Below are positions 25,480-34,180 of a stretch of 64,000 nt of DNA, one piece after another; position 1 is the first letter of the stretch; each line of letters opens with the position of its first letter. This stretch comes from an uncultured Dehalococcoidia bacterium (GTDB taxonomy: Bacteria; Chloroflexota; Dehalococcoidia; Lucifugimonadales; JADFKI01), in NCBI GenBank assembly GCA_964632415.1, contig CAZWDM010000002.1, positions 3,039-67,038 on the forward strand. Direction: 5' to 3'. The position numbers were made by a program, and so were the translations under genes. The notes under the pieces are model-generated. The model was not told where the DNA came from, ran no database searches, and was given only the letters and a program-made list of their open reading frames with translations.

Positions 25480-25686
25480 CTAGTTCGGGACGCGGGTCGG
25501 GGCGCCCTTGGTGCCCACCCTGCGCTCGAACTCGTAGATGGTGTCGAAGCCTCTTATCGTCTCCTTGACCGAGGCGTTGGCGATCTCGCCGTAGAAGTCG
25601 GCCAGCGTGGCCTTAACCTGGTCGACGCTCATCTCGGGGTCGGGGTCCGGGAACTCCCGGTCGTCGTACACGAAGATCCTTGCCAT
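25480..25686 (-). CDS. Ubiquitin-like beta-grasp protein candidate (PRTRC protein C type)
   Basis: 68 aa. MARIFVYDDREFPDPDPEMSVDQVKATLADFYGEIANASVKE...YEFERRVGTKGAPTRVPN. Size, position and the DPdP...GTKG pattern fit my memory of the PRTRC-C family. Confidence 0.6.
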   Translation of the reverse strand: MARIFVYDDREFPDPDPEMSVDQVKATLADFYGEIANASVKETIRGFDTIYEFERRVGTKGAPTRVPN

Positions 25687-25781
25687 GGTTCTTCTCCTTC
25701 GCGTGTCGTGTTTCTCGGTTCGTTTCTGCGCGGGGAGGGACGCCGCCGATCAAGCGGCGTCTCCTCACCGTGGTTCGCGGT

Positions 25782-28118
25782 CTAGCGTCCCGCGCCGACC
25801 AGCTCCCTTTCCTGCTCCATCGCCCACTCGAACATCGAGAGGCTGGCGGGTCGGGGCTTGCGGTTCCGGCGCTTCGGCTCGACAGGCTCCGCCATGAACT
25901 CGGCCCATGAGAACAGCGACCGCTGCTCCTCGTCGACCCCGTCGTGGCTGCCGTCGCCGTCCGGGCGTGTGCCCCCGTCGGTCGGGACTGCCTCCACCGC
26001 CGGTTCGGCGATGAATGGAACGTGGCTACCGTCGGGGCGGTGGCCGTTTCCGCCGACCGGCGCGGTTTCCGGCTCGATTTCGACGGCCTTCCAATCGGCG
26101 TCCACGAGCAGCTCCTCGGCCTCGTCTTCGGCGTCCCTGGCCTTGGCGAAGACCTCTTCGATGGTCTCCGCGCCGTCCTCCTCGCCGTCGACGATCCGCT
26201 TGGCCAGCGCCATCATCAGGTCGTCGCCGTCGTCGCCGAAAGCCGCGAGGCCCTCCTTGGGGAGCTCCCCCTCGACGGCGAGCGAGCTCTGGAGCTTCTG
26301 CGCCACCAGCTTCAGGGCGTCGGCCTGCAGCGTGTTCCGGTAGGCCATGAAGACCACCTTCACCGGCCGCGTCTGCCCGATCCGCCACGAGCGTCTCGAG
26401 GCCTGCCGCATGACGTAGACCGAGTAGTCGGTCTCGTACCAGCAGATCGTCGGGAAGTCGATCAGGTCGAGCCCCGTCTGCACCAGCCTGGGGTGGCAGA
26501 TCAGGACGTCGATCCCCTGCTCCACCTTCTCGGCGACCCATTTCTCCCTGCGGTCCGGAGCGACGGCCCCGGCCTTCATCACCGCGGCGCGGAAGCCGTG
26601 CCGCTCGAGCATCTCCCGCATCCGGACGGTGATGTCGCGGGTGCCGGTGTGCGTGGCGTAGACCAGCACGCGCCGTCCCGCCATGCGTTCGGCGGCGACG
26701 AGGTCGACCAGCGCCTTCTCCTTCGGGTAGAGCCGATCCTCCGAGAGCGGCGGGACCTGCACCAGAACGTCCCCGGTGTCGGGGTCGAACGCCGTCTCGC
26801 CCCTGGTGCATCCGTCGGGGTAAGCCAGCAGGGTCTGCAGGTAGGTGGCGAGCAGCCTCTTGGAGCCCGACTGCAGAGCCTTTTTCAGCGCCTTCCTCAG
26901 CTCCTCGAACACGTGGCCGTAGGCGCTGCGCTGCGAGAAGCCCGTGGCGTCCTCCCGCGCGTCCATCGAGGACAGCAGGATCTGCTCGTCGTAGGCTGGC
27001 AGCCCCGACGCGACGTCCGAGAGGCGCAGGAACACCGTGTTCCCGATGATGTGGAAGAGCGCCGAGGGCACCAGCCCCGGCCGCTCCCTCACCACCTTCC
27101 GGTAGCTCCGGCGCCGGCTGACCCGCCCGTCCTCGAGGGCCTCGTCGTCGGGCTTGCCTATCGAGTGCTCCTCGAAGCCGTAGCGCTGCACCCAGCGGCG
27201 CTCGTCCGAGCGTGCGAACTCGTCCCTGATCTCCGGGCTGAACCTGTAGAGGAGGTGGAACAGCGTCGAGCTGTACCCTCCCATCAGCGTGCCGGAGAGG
27301 CTGAGCGACTTTCCGCAGGCGTCGGCGAGGACGCCCGCGGCGACTCCCTGCGCCGATCCCCGGCCCTTGTACTCGTGCACCTCGTCGCCGATCAGCAGGT
27401 CGAAGAAGCCCTTCATCCTGTGCTTGACGTACTCGGCCAGCGGATAGCGCCTGGGACCCGAGTTGTCGGCCTGCCACAGGCCGGAGCCGCATCTCGCGCA
27501 GACGCGTCTGCGCCGTTTGAGCTCTTTCAGGGTCAGGGGAACTCCGTCCTTGTCCACGACCTGGGCGGAGCAGGTCGGGCAGGTCGGCAGGCGCACCGGT
27601 TCGCCGGTGTCCTCGTCGCGCACGAGCCGCCCGTTCGCCACGGCCCATCGGTCGACGACCGCGGGCTTCCAGCGGTACGAGAGCTTGGCGCGCTCGCGCG
27701 ACATCACCGCGAAGAGGGGACCGACGCCGGTCGAGAGGCGGAGCCGCTCGAGGTCGGTGATCGACTTGACGACCGACGCGCGTGCGAACGGAACCGTCTC
27801 CTCGACCTCCCTCTTCCACTTGTTGACGAGGTGCGGCGGGCAGAGCACCAGCACGCGTCCGAAACCCGCCGCGTGGGCCGCGGCTGCGGCGATGAAGGTC
27901 TTGCCGGTGCCCATCTCGCCGACCACGGTGGTGCCTCGCCTCGCCTCGAGCGAGAGAGCCGCTCCGCGGATCGCGTCCGCCTGCGCCCCCAGGGGCGTCC
28001 TGAGCAACCGCGGAAGCCCGCGGCCGTTCTCGGAGGGACGGTAGAGCGGCGGGTACGATTCCACGACCCGCCGCGCTATCGCGTCCCTGTAGGTGTCGAT
28101 GAACTCTCCGAGGTCCAT
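25782..28118 (-). CDS. SNF2/DEAD-like helicase with an inserted zinc ribbon
   Basis: VVGEMGTGKTF (motif I), LIGDEVHEYKG (motif II), RASRRSWRIGQTRPV (motif VI). CPTCSAQ...CARCGS lies between motifs I and II. Confidence 0.9.
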   Translation of the reverse strand: MDLGEFIDTYRDAIARRVVESYPPLYRPSENGRGLPRLLRTPLGAQADAIRGAALSLEARRGTTVVGEMGTGKTFIAAAAAHAAGFGRVLVLCPPHLVNKWKREVEETVPFARASVVKSITDLERLRLSTGVGPLFAVMSRERAKLSYRWKPAVVDRWAVANGRLVRDEDTGEPVRLPTCPTCSAQVVDKDGVPLTLKELKRRRRVCARCGSGLWQADNSGPRRYPLAEYVKHRMKGFFDLLIGDEVHEYKGRGSAQGVAAGVLADACGKSLSLSGTLMGGYSSTLFHLLYRFSPEIRDEFARSDERRWVQRYGFEEHSIGKPDDEALEDGRVSRRRSYRKVVRERPGLVPSALFHIIGNTVFLRLSDVASGLPAYDEQILLSSMDAREDATGFSQRSAYGHVFEELRKALKKALQSGSKRLLATYLQTLLAYPDGCTRGETAFDPDTGDVLVQVPPLSEDRLYPKEKALVDLVAAERMAGRRVLVYATHTGTRDITVRMREMLERHGFRAAVMKAGAVAPDRREKWVAEKVEQGIDVLICHPRLVQTGLDLIDFPTICWYETDYSVYVMRQASRRSWRIGQTRPVKVVFMAYRNTLQADALKLVAQKLQSSLAVEGELPKEGLAAFGDDGDDLMMALAKRIVDGEEDGAETIEEVFAKARDAEDEAEELLVDADWKAVEIEPETAPVGGNGHRPDGSHVPFIAEPAVEAVPTDGGTRPDGDGSHDGVDEEQRSLFSWAEFMAEPVEPKRRNRKPRPASLSMFEWAMEQERELVGAGR

Positions 28119-28139
28119 CTCGTCCTCCTTTCCCGGCCC

Positions 28140-29180
28140 TCAGGCCGCTATGTCCTCGATCGCGCCGCTCCCCAGGTCGAGCGCGACCACCGTCGTGGTG
28201 AGCTGCTCGCGGTAGACCTCCTTCTCGGGCCGGTCCTCGGCGAGGGTCATCTGCTTGGACGTGCGCCCCTTCACCAGGACGCGTCGATCGTCCGACGCGA
28301 GCACCAGGTTGTCGAGGAACCCGGCGGCGACCAGCATCGCCATGTGGCCCCTCCGGAGCGGCATCAGCGGACGTTCCCGCCTGTCCTCGGCGGGCCAGAG
28401 CGAGTCGGTGACGTCCGGGTTCGTCCAGAGCCCCGAGCGGCGCGCCTCGGACGCCGCCGCGGCCGGATCGACCGTGCGGGTCGCGAACAGCACGTCTCCC
28501 GCCGGAGCCGCCGGGGCCCGGAACTCCGGGTACCGCGCCGGGGCGAGAGTCTCCGGTTCGCCCGACGACCATTCGAGCACCTGCCGCTCGGCTCCCGCGT
28601 CGGCGAACGGCTCCGGCTTTCGCCGGGCGATCAGCACGACCTGGTCGAACACCTCGCGCTCCGGGTCGGGGAACGACCGGCAGGTCATCCGCCAGTAGTG
28701 CGACGAGAGGTAGCGCGCCGACACCGCGAGGCGCCGCCTCGGCACCACGAACACGAGCAGCCCGCCGTCCGAGAGGTATCGCGTGCACTGCGTCAGGAAG
28801 GCGTGCTCGACCCTCCGCTTGTCGTCCGAGTCCCAGTCGTACGGCGGGTTCAGGTAGCAGAGCCCGAAGGCCCCGTTCGCCATCGAGACCCTGAAGAGGT
28901 CCGAGGCCAGGACGTGGTCGAGGCGGCGCTCGGCCTCCTCCGCCCTCTCGCCGTGCAGCTCGACGCCGTAGGTCTCGACCGGGATACGCGAGGTTTCCTG
29001 GAGCCGCTCGGCGAGCCGCTCCGCCGCCAGACCCTCGCCGCAGCAGGGGTCCAGCAGCCGGAGCGTGCCGGTTCCGCGCCGGCCGGGGCCGGCGTCCGCG
29101 CGGATCAGGTCCGCGATCATCTCCACCACCCGCACAGGGGCGGGGTAGTATCCTCCTTTGGCCTGCGCGGCAAGCCTCAT
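28140..29180 (-). CDS. N6-adenine-type DNA methyltransferase (NPPY)
   Basis: LDPCCGEGLAAERL (SAM motif I) and CYLNPPYDWD (motif IV). ATG 29180 is preceded by AAAGGAGA. The track start at 29300 looks too long. Confidence 0.8.
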   Translation of the reverse strand: MRLAAQAKGGYYPAPVRVVEMIADLIRADAGPGRRGTGTLRLLDPCCGEGLAAERLAERLQETSRIPVETYGVELHGERAEEAERRLDHVLASDLFRVSMANGAFGLCYLNPPYDWDSDDKRRVEHAFLTQCTRYLSDGGLLVFVVPRRRLAVSARYLSSHYWRMTCRSFPDPEREVFDQVVLIARRKPEPFADAGAERQVLEWSSGEPETLAPARYPEFRAPAAPAGDVLFATRTVDPAAAASEARRSGLWTNPDVTDSLWPAEDRRERPLMPLRRGHMAMLVAAGFLDNLVLASDDRRVLVKGRTSKQMTLAEDRPEKEVYREQLTTTVVALDLGSGAIEDIAA

Positions 29181-29286
29181 GGCGGGTCTCCTTTCTTCTC
29201 GCCGTCGTCGTTCGTCGCGGGAGCGCCGCCCCCGCCGACAGCTTCGGGGGCGCGTCGGCGCGGAGGTCCCACGAGGGACTTCCGCG

Positions 29287-29919
29287 TCACCTCTCCTCAC
29301 CGCCTCCGTCGGGAAGCGTCAGCCTCCCCGACGCCACCGCGTGCGACAGGTCGTCTCGGAGCCTGTCCGCGTTCGGCGCGCACCTGTAGGCGGAGAGGCC
29401 CTCCGATTCCAGCGGCGTGATCTCGCCGTTCGCCAGCCCCCGGTCCCACAGCCATCCCGACCACGACCCGTGGAGCGGCAGCGGGCAGCGCCGGTCGAGG
29501 AACCGACGGTGCAGCGCGGGTGCGTCGTCCCCTTCCCGGGCCAGCAGCAGGAACGAGTCCCGCTCGAAGCCCAGCTCCGCGGTCTTCGTGTAGACCAGCG
29601 CGTGCCATCCGCCCGACATGGGCAGCTTGGCGATCCTGGTCGTCCACGTCCCGACCGTCTCGTGCGGCACCGCGCATCTGCGGTAGCCGCCCGAAAGCGC
29701 CTCGCCGTCGGCGCCTCTGATCACGTGCGCCTCGTCTGGCGGCTGCTTGAGCAGCGAAGCCCAGATCGCCTTCAGCGCCGTCTGCGACCCCACCATCGAG
29801 AGGAACCACAGCGTGTCGTCCCTCGCGTCCCTTGCGAACGCGTCCGCGGTCGCCGAGAATCCCCCGGCCGTCACCGTCCACAGCTCGTCGGCGCGTGCGA
29901 CGTTTTCCGTCTCGCCCAT
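29287..29919 (-). CDS. Hypothetical protein on the element backbone
   Basis: 210 aa from ATG 29919, which follows AAGGAGG. The longer track ORF (to 30249) overlaps ssb and has an Arg/Gly-rich artefactual N-terminus. Confidence 0.5.
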   Translation of the reverse strand: MGETENVARADELWTVTAGGFSATADAFARDARDDTLWFLSMVGSQTALKAIWASLLKQPPDEAHVIRGADGEALSGGYRRCAVPHETVGTWTTRIAKLPMSGGWHALVYTKTAELGFERDSFLLLAREGDDAPALHRRFLDRRCPLPLHGSWSGWLWDRGLANGEITPLESEGLSAYRCAPNADRLRDDLSHAVASGRLTLPDGGGEER

Positions 29920-30017
29920 CGACGCCTCCTTTCTTCGAGTTCCGTAGTCCGGCGCGGGCTCGCGGCCCGCGTGGAGCCCGTCGGACGTGCCTCCGGGTCG
30001 TGCGGATCGTGCCCCGC

Positions 30018-30407
30018 CTAGAACGGGGACGCCGCATCGTAAGCAGCGTGGCCGCGGCCATGGCCGTTGCCGTGTCCGTTGCCGTTCCTCGAGTCGAGGA
30101 ACACCACCTCCGAGGCGTGCACCTCCGCCTTGTGCCTGACCTGGCCGTCGGAGCCCTCCCAGGTGCTGTATCCCAGTCGGCCCGAGACGTAGACCCGGTC
30201 GCCCTTTCCCAGGTACCTGCCCACGGCCTCGGCCTGGCCGGCCCAGCACACCACCGTGTGCCAGTCCGTCTCGGGCTCGCCGTCCCTCACCCGGCGTTCC
30301 GTCGCCAGCCGCAGGTTCGCGACCGACGTTCCGCCGTTGGTCGTCCTCACGTCCGGGTCCGCGCCCAGGCGGCCCAGAAGCTCGATCTTGTTGACTGTCC
30401 TCGACAT
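30018..30407 (-). CDS. ssb: Single-stranded DNA-binding protein
   Basis: MSRTVNKIELLGRLGADPDVR...WHTVVCWAGQAEAVGRYLGKGDRVYVSGRL is an OB fold. The tail is Gly/His/Asn-rich and ends in PF. ATG 30407 follows GAAGGAGAA. Confidence 0.85.
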   Translation of the reverse strand: MSRTVNKIELLGRLGADPDVRTTNGGTSVANLRLATERRVRDGEPETDWHTVVCWAGQAEAVGRYLGKGDRVYVSGRLGYSTWEGSDGQVRHKAEVHASEVVFLDSRNGNGHGNGHGRGHAAYDAASPF

Positions 30408-30537
30408 CGCGTTCTCCTTCTGTCGTGGATGCGGCGCGGCGTTAGAGCCGCGCCTTGGTTGTTCGTCGCGGGGCTCCACCCTCTCAGGGATGTCCCCGCT
30501 CGAGCACCCCCGTCCGGGGGCGACCGGCGGATCCCGT

Positions 30538-31647
30538 CTAGGTCACGCGCACGTGTTCGGAGACGGTCTCCGAGACGATGCGGCTCCGTGCGTCCGGATC
30601 CAGCATCTCGTTGAGCCTCCGGTGGTCGACCGAGAACCTCCTCGTCGACACCAGGCTCACCTTGCGCCCGTCGAGCGTCGCCTTGCGGTCCCCGCGTCCG
30701 CGCATCCACGCCTTGAGCGTGTCCAGGGCGGACCGGCGGGCGCCGTCCGGCTTCTTCAGGGCGCTCCGCGCTCCGTCGTACGACGCGATGGCCTCGCGGG
30801 CGTCGGCGTCCGTGACGGGGCGTCGACCTTCGTCGTCGTCGTCCGCCCCCGTCGAAGCCTCGCCGGGCAGGCAGGCCGTCAGCCATGGGCAGCGGCGGCA
30901 CCGCCAGTCGCCCCCGCCGAAGTCGCGGTCCGGTGGAGCATCCGGGTCCGGCCCGTTGAGGGCCAGATGCCTTCCCAGCTCCGCCACCCGCTCGCAGGCG
31001 TCCCGAAAGGCCCGCGCGACTCGGTTGGCGGGGATCACCTCGTAGTCCCAGCGGCGGGACCCGGTGTCCATGGTCGCGATCACCGCGTCGCGCGCCTCGC
31101 CGTACGTCCCGTAGGTGTAGAAGGCCGCCTGCGCGACCGATTCGGGGTGGCTGCGCTCCGCCCCGAGCGTCTTCCATCTCCGGAAGGCGTCTGGGCCGCG
31201 GGTCTTGACCTCGACGATCGTCTCGCCGCCGAGGCGGCGGATCTCCGGCGCGTCGCCGAACAGGAGCCGCCCCACCCGCGTCGCCTCCGCGGAGGCGGTA
31301 TCGGGCGTAAGCGGCATGCGTCCTGTGGCGTCTGGATGGCCGACCACCCGGACGTTAGTCGCGGCCTCGACGGTGACCTCCTTCGGCGCCGCCGGATCGG
31401 CGGGAGAGACCTCCCAGCCCGCGCGCTCCATCGCGCGCATCACCACCGGCTCGAGCGCCGCGCCCGACTCCATGACGGTGAGCGCCGCGTCGTCAGCCGG
31501 ATCCGTTTCTTCGCGTCCGGTGGCCGAGTACCACAGCGCCCTGCGGCAGCCCGCGGCGGCCGACGCCCGGACCTCGAGACCCCCGTCCCCGGTCAGCGCC
31601 GCCGACGGTCTGGAGTAGACTTCGGGGCGCTCCTGCGTCGCGTTCAT
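30538..31647 (-). CDS. PD-(D/E)xK exonuclease with a Cas4/AddB-like Cys cluster
   Basis: VVGHPDATG...IVEVKTRG is a D...ExK motif. The N-terminal Cys (AAGCRRALWY) plus the C-terminal CRRCPWLTAC (CX2CX5C) resembles the 4Fe-4S signature. ATG 31647 overlaps the upstream stop (ATGA). Confidence 0.7.
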   Translation of the reverse strand: MNATQERPEVYSRPSAALTGDGGLEVRASAAAGCRRALWYSATGREETDPADDAALTVMESGAALEPVVMRAMERAGWEVSPADPAAPKEVTVEAATNVRVVGHPDATGRMPLTPDTASAEATRVGRLLFGDAPEIRRLGGETIVEVKTRGPDAFRRWKTLGAERSHPESVAQAAFYTYGTYGEARDAVIATMDTGSRRWDYEVIPANRVARAFRDACERVAELGRHLALNGPDPDAPPDRDFGGGDWRCRRCPWLTACLPGEASTGADDDDEGRRPVTDADAREAIASYDGARSALKKPDGARRSALDTLKAWMRGRGDRKATLDGRKVSLVSTRRFSVDHRRLNEMLDPDARSRIVSETVSEHVRVT

Positions 31648-32060
31648 CGCTTCGAGTCTCCTTTCTCCTGGTCTTCGCAGTCTTCGCTCCCGCCGGCCTC
31701 CGCGGCCTCGACGCAGCTCCGAAGCACGTGGGCGATCCCGTCGCCCAGGCCGTGCACCATCACCGCGCCCGCGCCGCCGATCCGGTTCGGGAACGGCTGC
31801 ATCTCCGAGATGCCCTGGCACTCGGAGACGATTTCCCGCGCTGGCGCCCCGCTCCGGAGCGCCAGCGTCGCCAGCCGGCAGGCGAGCTCGGCCACGCCGT
31901 GCTCGAAGCTGCCGGCCTTCCCCATCCTCCCGAACACCTCGACCGGGGAACCGCTCCGGTCCTTGGAGACCGTCACGATTAGCTCCCCGCGCTCGGTGTT
32001 GAGCCGCGTCGTGACGCCCTCGAGGACGTCGGGGCGACGCGGCGGCGCGTTCGTCGGCAT
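31644..32060 (-). CDS. TSCPD-domain-like small protein
   Basis: GELIVTVSKDRSGSPVEVFGRMGKAGSFEHGVAELACRLATLALRSGAPAREIVSECQGIS resembles the domain at the C-terminus of class II ribonucleotide reductases. Confidence 0.5.
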   Translation of the reverse strand: MPTNAPPRRPDVLEGVTTRLNTERGELIVTVSKDRSGSPVEVFGRMGKAGSFEHGVAELACRLATLALRSGAPAREIVSECQGISEMQPFPNRIGGAGAVMVHGLGDGIAHVLRSCVEAAEAGGSEDCEDQEKGDSKR

Positions 32061-32109
32061 TCGTCCGCCTCCTTTCCGTCGCTGCCGGTCGCGTCGCGGC
32101 GGCGACTGA

Positions 32110-32913
32110 TCACTCCGCCCTCATCTGCCGCACCTTGGCGTACGCGGCGTCGACCAGCTCCTCCAACTCCGGGGCCGGCAGATCCTCGAGGTCGCGCCCC
32201 GTCCGGGCGCGCACCGCAGCTCGCACTGCGGCCTCGTCGAACCCCTGCTCGTCGCCGAGGTCCAGCAGCCGGCCTCTCAGCCTGCCGAGATCCGCCCGCG
32301 ACGAACGGATCCTCGGACCAGTCGCCGAAGAAGAGCCGCTTTGCGGCCCGCCCTGTGGCCCGGCTTGCGGCCCGTAGAGGCCGTTGCCGAAGCGGTCGCC
32401 GAAGCTGCGCAGCGCGCGTTTCATGCCGTCGGTGACCGCCCCTTTGCACGCGGTCTCGTGGCCCTCGGCCGACTCGTCCGCGACGGCGTGGAAGCCGACG
32501 TCGGTGCGCGCCGGCGCTCCTGGCACCGTCACCCGGACCGGGGCGCTGTAGGCGCGGATCGTTGTCAGCTCGCCGGTCTCGGCGTCGACCGTCTCCATCT
32601 CTCTGAGCGCGACTTCGCCGACGACCTCGTACCCCCAGCCGCCGTGGCCGAAGATGCGGTTCGCCTCGGCGATGGCCACGTGGCCCTCGATGTAGTCGTA
32701 GGTCCGGCCGCCGCGCCCTCGGCGCCGCGACACCAGATCTGGGTCGATGGAGCCTTGCAGCTCCAGAACCGTCGCCGGCGGCAGGGTGTCCCACGTCAGC
32801 GCGTCCGAGGACGCGGCGGGTGGTTCCGTCCGGGCGTGCCCGTTCCTGTAGGCGGCGGGGGCGACAACCCCGTTGGAGGCCGCGCTTCCGCGGGCGTGTC
32901 CGTTGTTCGCCAT
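32110..32913 (-). CDS. Rad52/Rad22-family single-strand annealing protein
   Basis: TYDYIEGHVAIAEANRIFGHGGWGYEV...ACKGAVTDGMKRALRSFGDRFGNGLYG. Confidence 0.75.
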   Translation of the reverse strand: MANNGHARGSAASNGVVAPAAYRNGHARTEPPAASSDALTWDTLPPATVLELQGSIDPDLVSRRRGRGGRTYDYIEGHVAIAEANRIFGHGGWGYEVVGEVALREMETVDAETGELTTIRAYSAPVRVTVPGAPARTDVGFHAVADESAEGHETACKGAVTDGMKRALRSFGDRFGNGLYGPQAGPQGGPQSGSSSATGPRIRSSRADLGRLRGRLLDLGDEQGFDEAAVRAAVRARTGRDLEDLPAPELEELVDAAYAKVRQMRAE

Positions 32914-33076
32914 AGTTCTTTCTCCTTTGTTTTCGCTTGCATGCTTGCAATGTCGGATGCGGACGAACCGTCGTCCGTGGAAAGGCGCGGCCCGCCGAGG
33001 GACGCGCCGAAAACCCGCTCCTCGAAAGGAGCGGGATGATGAGCGTCTGAGCGGCGCACGTCCCGCGCGTCGCTAG

Positions 33077-34180
33077 TTACGCCCGCGTCGTTCGAGCGTG
33101 CCGCTTCCGGGCCGCTGCCCGGCGCAGCAGCCTCGTGAAGGTTTCGCGCCCGCCGGGAAGCCGGGCCAGGTCCCCGACGTCGCCGATCCCCTCGGGGAGC
33201 TCGACGACCGCCGCTCTTTCTGCCAGGAGGTCTTGGAGACGCCGTGCCGCCTCGCGGCCCGCGTCGTCGGCGTCGAACGCCGCAAACACCCGCGGCACGC
33301 CCCGGAGCACCTTCGCGATCCGGTCGACGCCCTGGGTGCCGAGAGCAGCGCAGGCCGGGAATCTCCAGGCCGCCAGCGCCAGCCAGTCGACCAGACCCTC
33401 GGCGACGACGACGCTTGGCGGCGTCGCGCCGAGGCGCCCGAGCCCCAGCACGGGTTTCGGACCGGGCAGGGCCTGAAAACGGGGCTTGGCGGACGGGTCG
33501 ATGGCCCGCCCCGCGAGCCATCCGACCCGGCCCGAGAAGTCGGTCTCGGGGACGACGACCATCCCGGCGAAACGTTCGCCGCCGTCCGCGGCGAACAATC
33601 CCGAGGCGGCGATCCTGCCGTCCGTGAATCCGGCGGTTCGAAGCGCCTCGCGCAGGCCGCCGCCGGGGGCGAAGCCGGTCCCGATCCGGAGCGCCGACCG
33701 TGGCGCGATCCCGCGCGACGCTATGTAGCTTTTCGCACGGGCGTTGCGTCGGAACTCGCCGACGTAGAAGCGCGCCGCCGCCGTCAGCAGCGGCGGATCG
33801 CGCGGAGGGGGAGGCGGAATCCGGGGACGCCGTCTCCGGGCGGGACTGCGGGCCCCGGGCGAGGCCCTCGGCGAACCCGGCGCGGGCCGATGCGGTCCCC
33901 CGCCGAGGAGCGAGAGGGCCTCCGGCAGGCCGATCCCGTCGCGTCTCTGCACGAAGTCCAGAACGTCGCCCCCGGCTCCGCAGCCGAAGCAGTACCAGCG
34001 CTCCGTGTCGGCGTAGACGGTGAAGCTGCCCTCCCGCTCCTCGTGGAACGGGCACAGCCCCTGCCGCACCCGGCGGCCCTCGCCGCCCAGGCGCACCCCC
34101 GACGCTTCGACCAGATCGCCCAGCGGGTTGAGCAATTTCAGCTCCGCGATGTCGACGCGGCCGTTGCCGCTGAAGGTCAT
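33077..34180 (-). CDS. DNA primase (CHC2 zinc finger plus Toprim)
   Basis: CPFHEEREGSFTVYADTERWYCFGCGAGGDVLDF, then VVVAEGLVDWLAL and FAAFDADDAGREAA. ATG 34180 overlaps the upstream stop. The 592-aa track ORF has an Arg-rich artefactual N-terminus. Confidence 0.8.
   Translation of the reverse strand: MTFSGNGRVDIAELKLLNPLGDLVEASGVRLGGEGRRVRQGLCPFHEEREGSFTVYADTERWYCFGCGAGGDVLDFVQRRDGIGLPEALSLLGGGPHRPAPGSPRASPGARSPARRRRPRIPPPPPRDPPLLTAAARFYVGEFRRNARAKSYIASRGIAPRSALRIGTGFAPGGGLREALRTAGFTDGRIAASGLFAADGGERFAGMVVVPETDFSGRVGWLAGRAIDPSAKPRFQALPGPKPVLGLGRLGATPPSVVVAEGLVDWLALAAWRFPACAALGTQGVDRIAKVLRGVPRVFAAFDADDAGREAARRLQDLLAERAAVVELPEGIGDVGDLARLPGGRETFTRLLRRAAARKRHARTTRA

Noticed and set aside
25944-29420. 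A 1158-aa plus-strand ORF and a 920-aa minus-strand ORF (26026-28788) overlapping the SNF2 and methyltransferase genes.
   Set aside because: The translations are Arg/Gly/Pro/Ala-rich with no motifs. Stop-poor alternative frames are expected at this very high GC. The frames that I call carry clear helicase and NPPY motifs.
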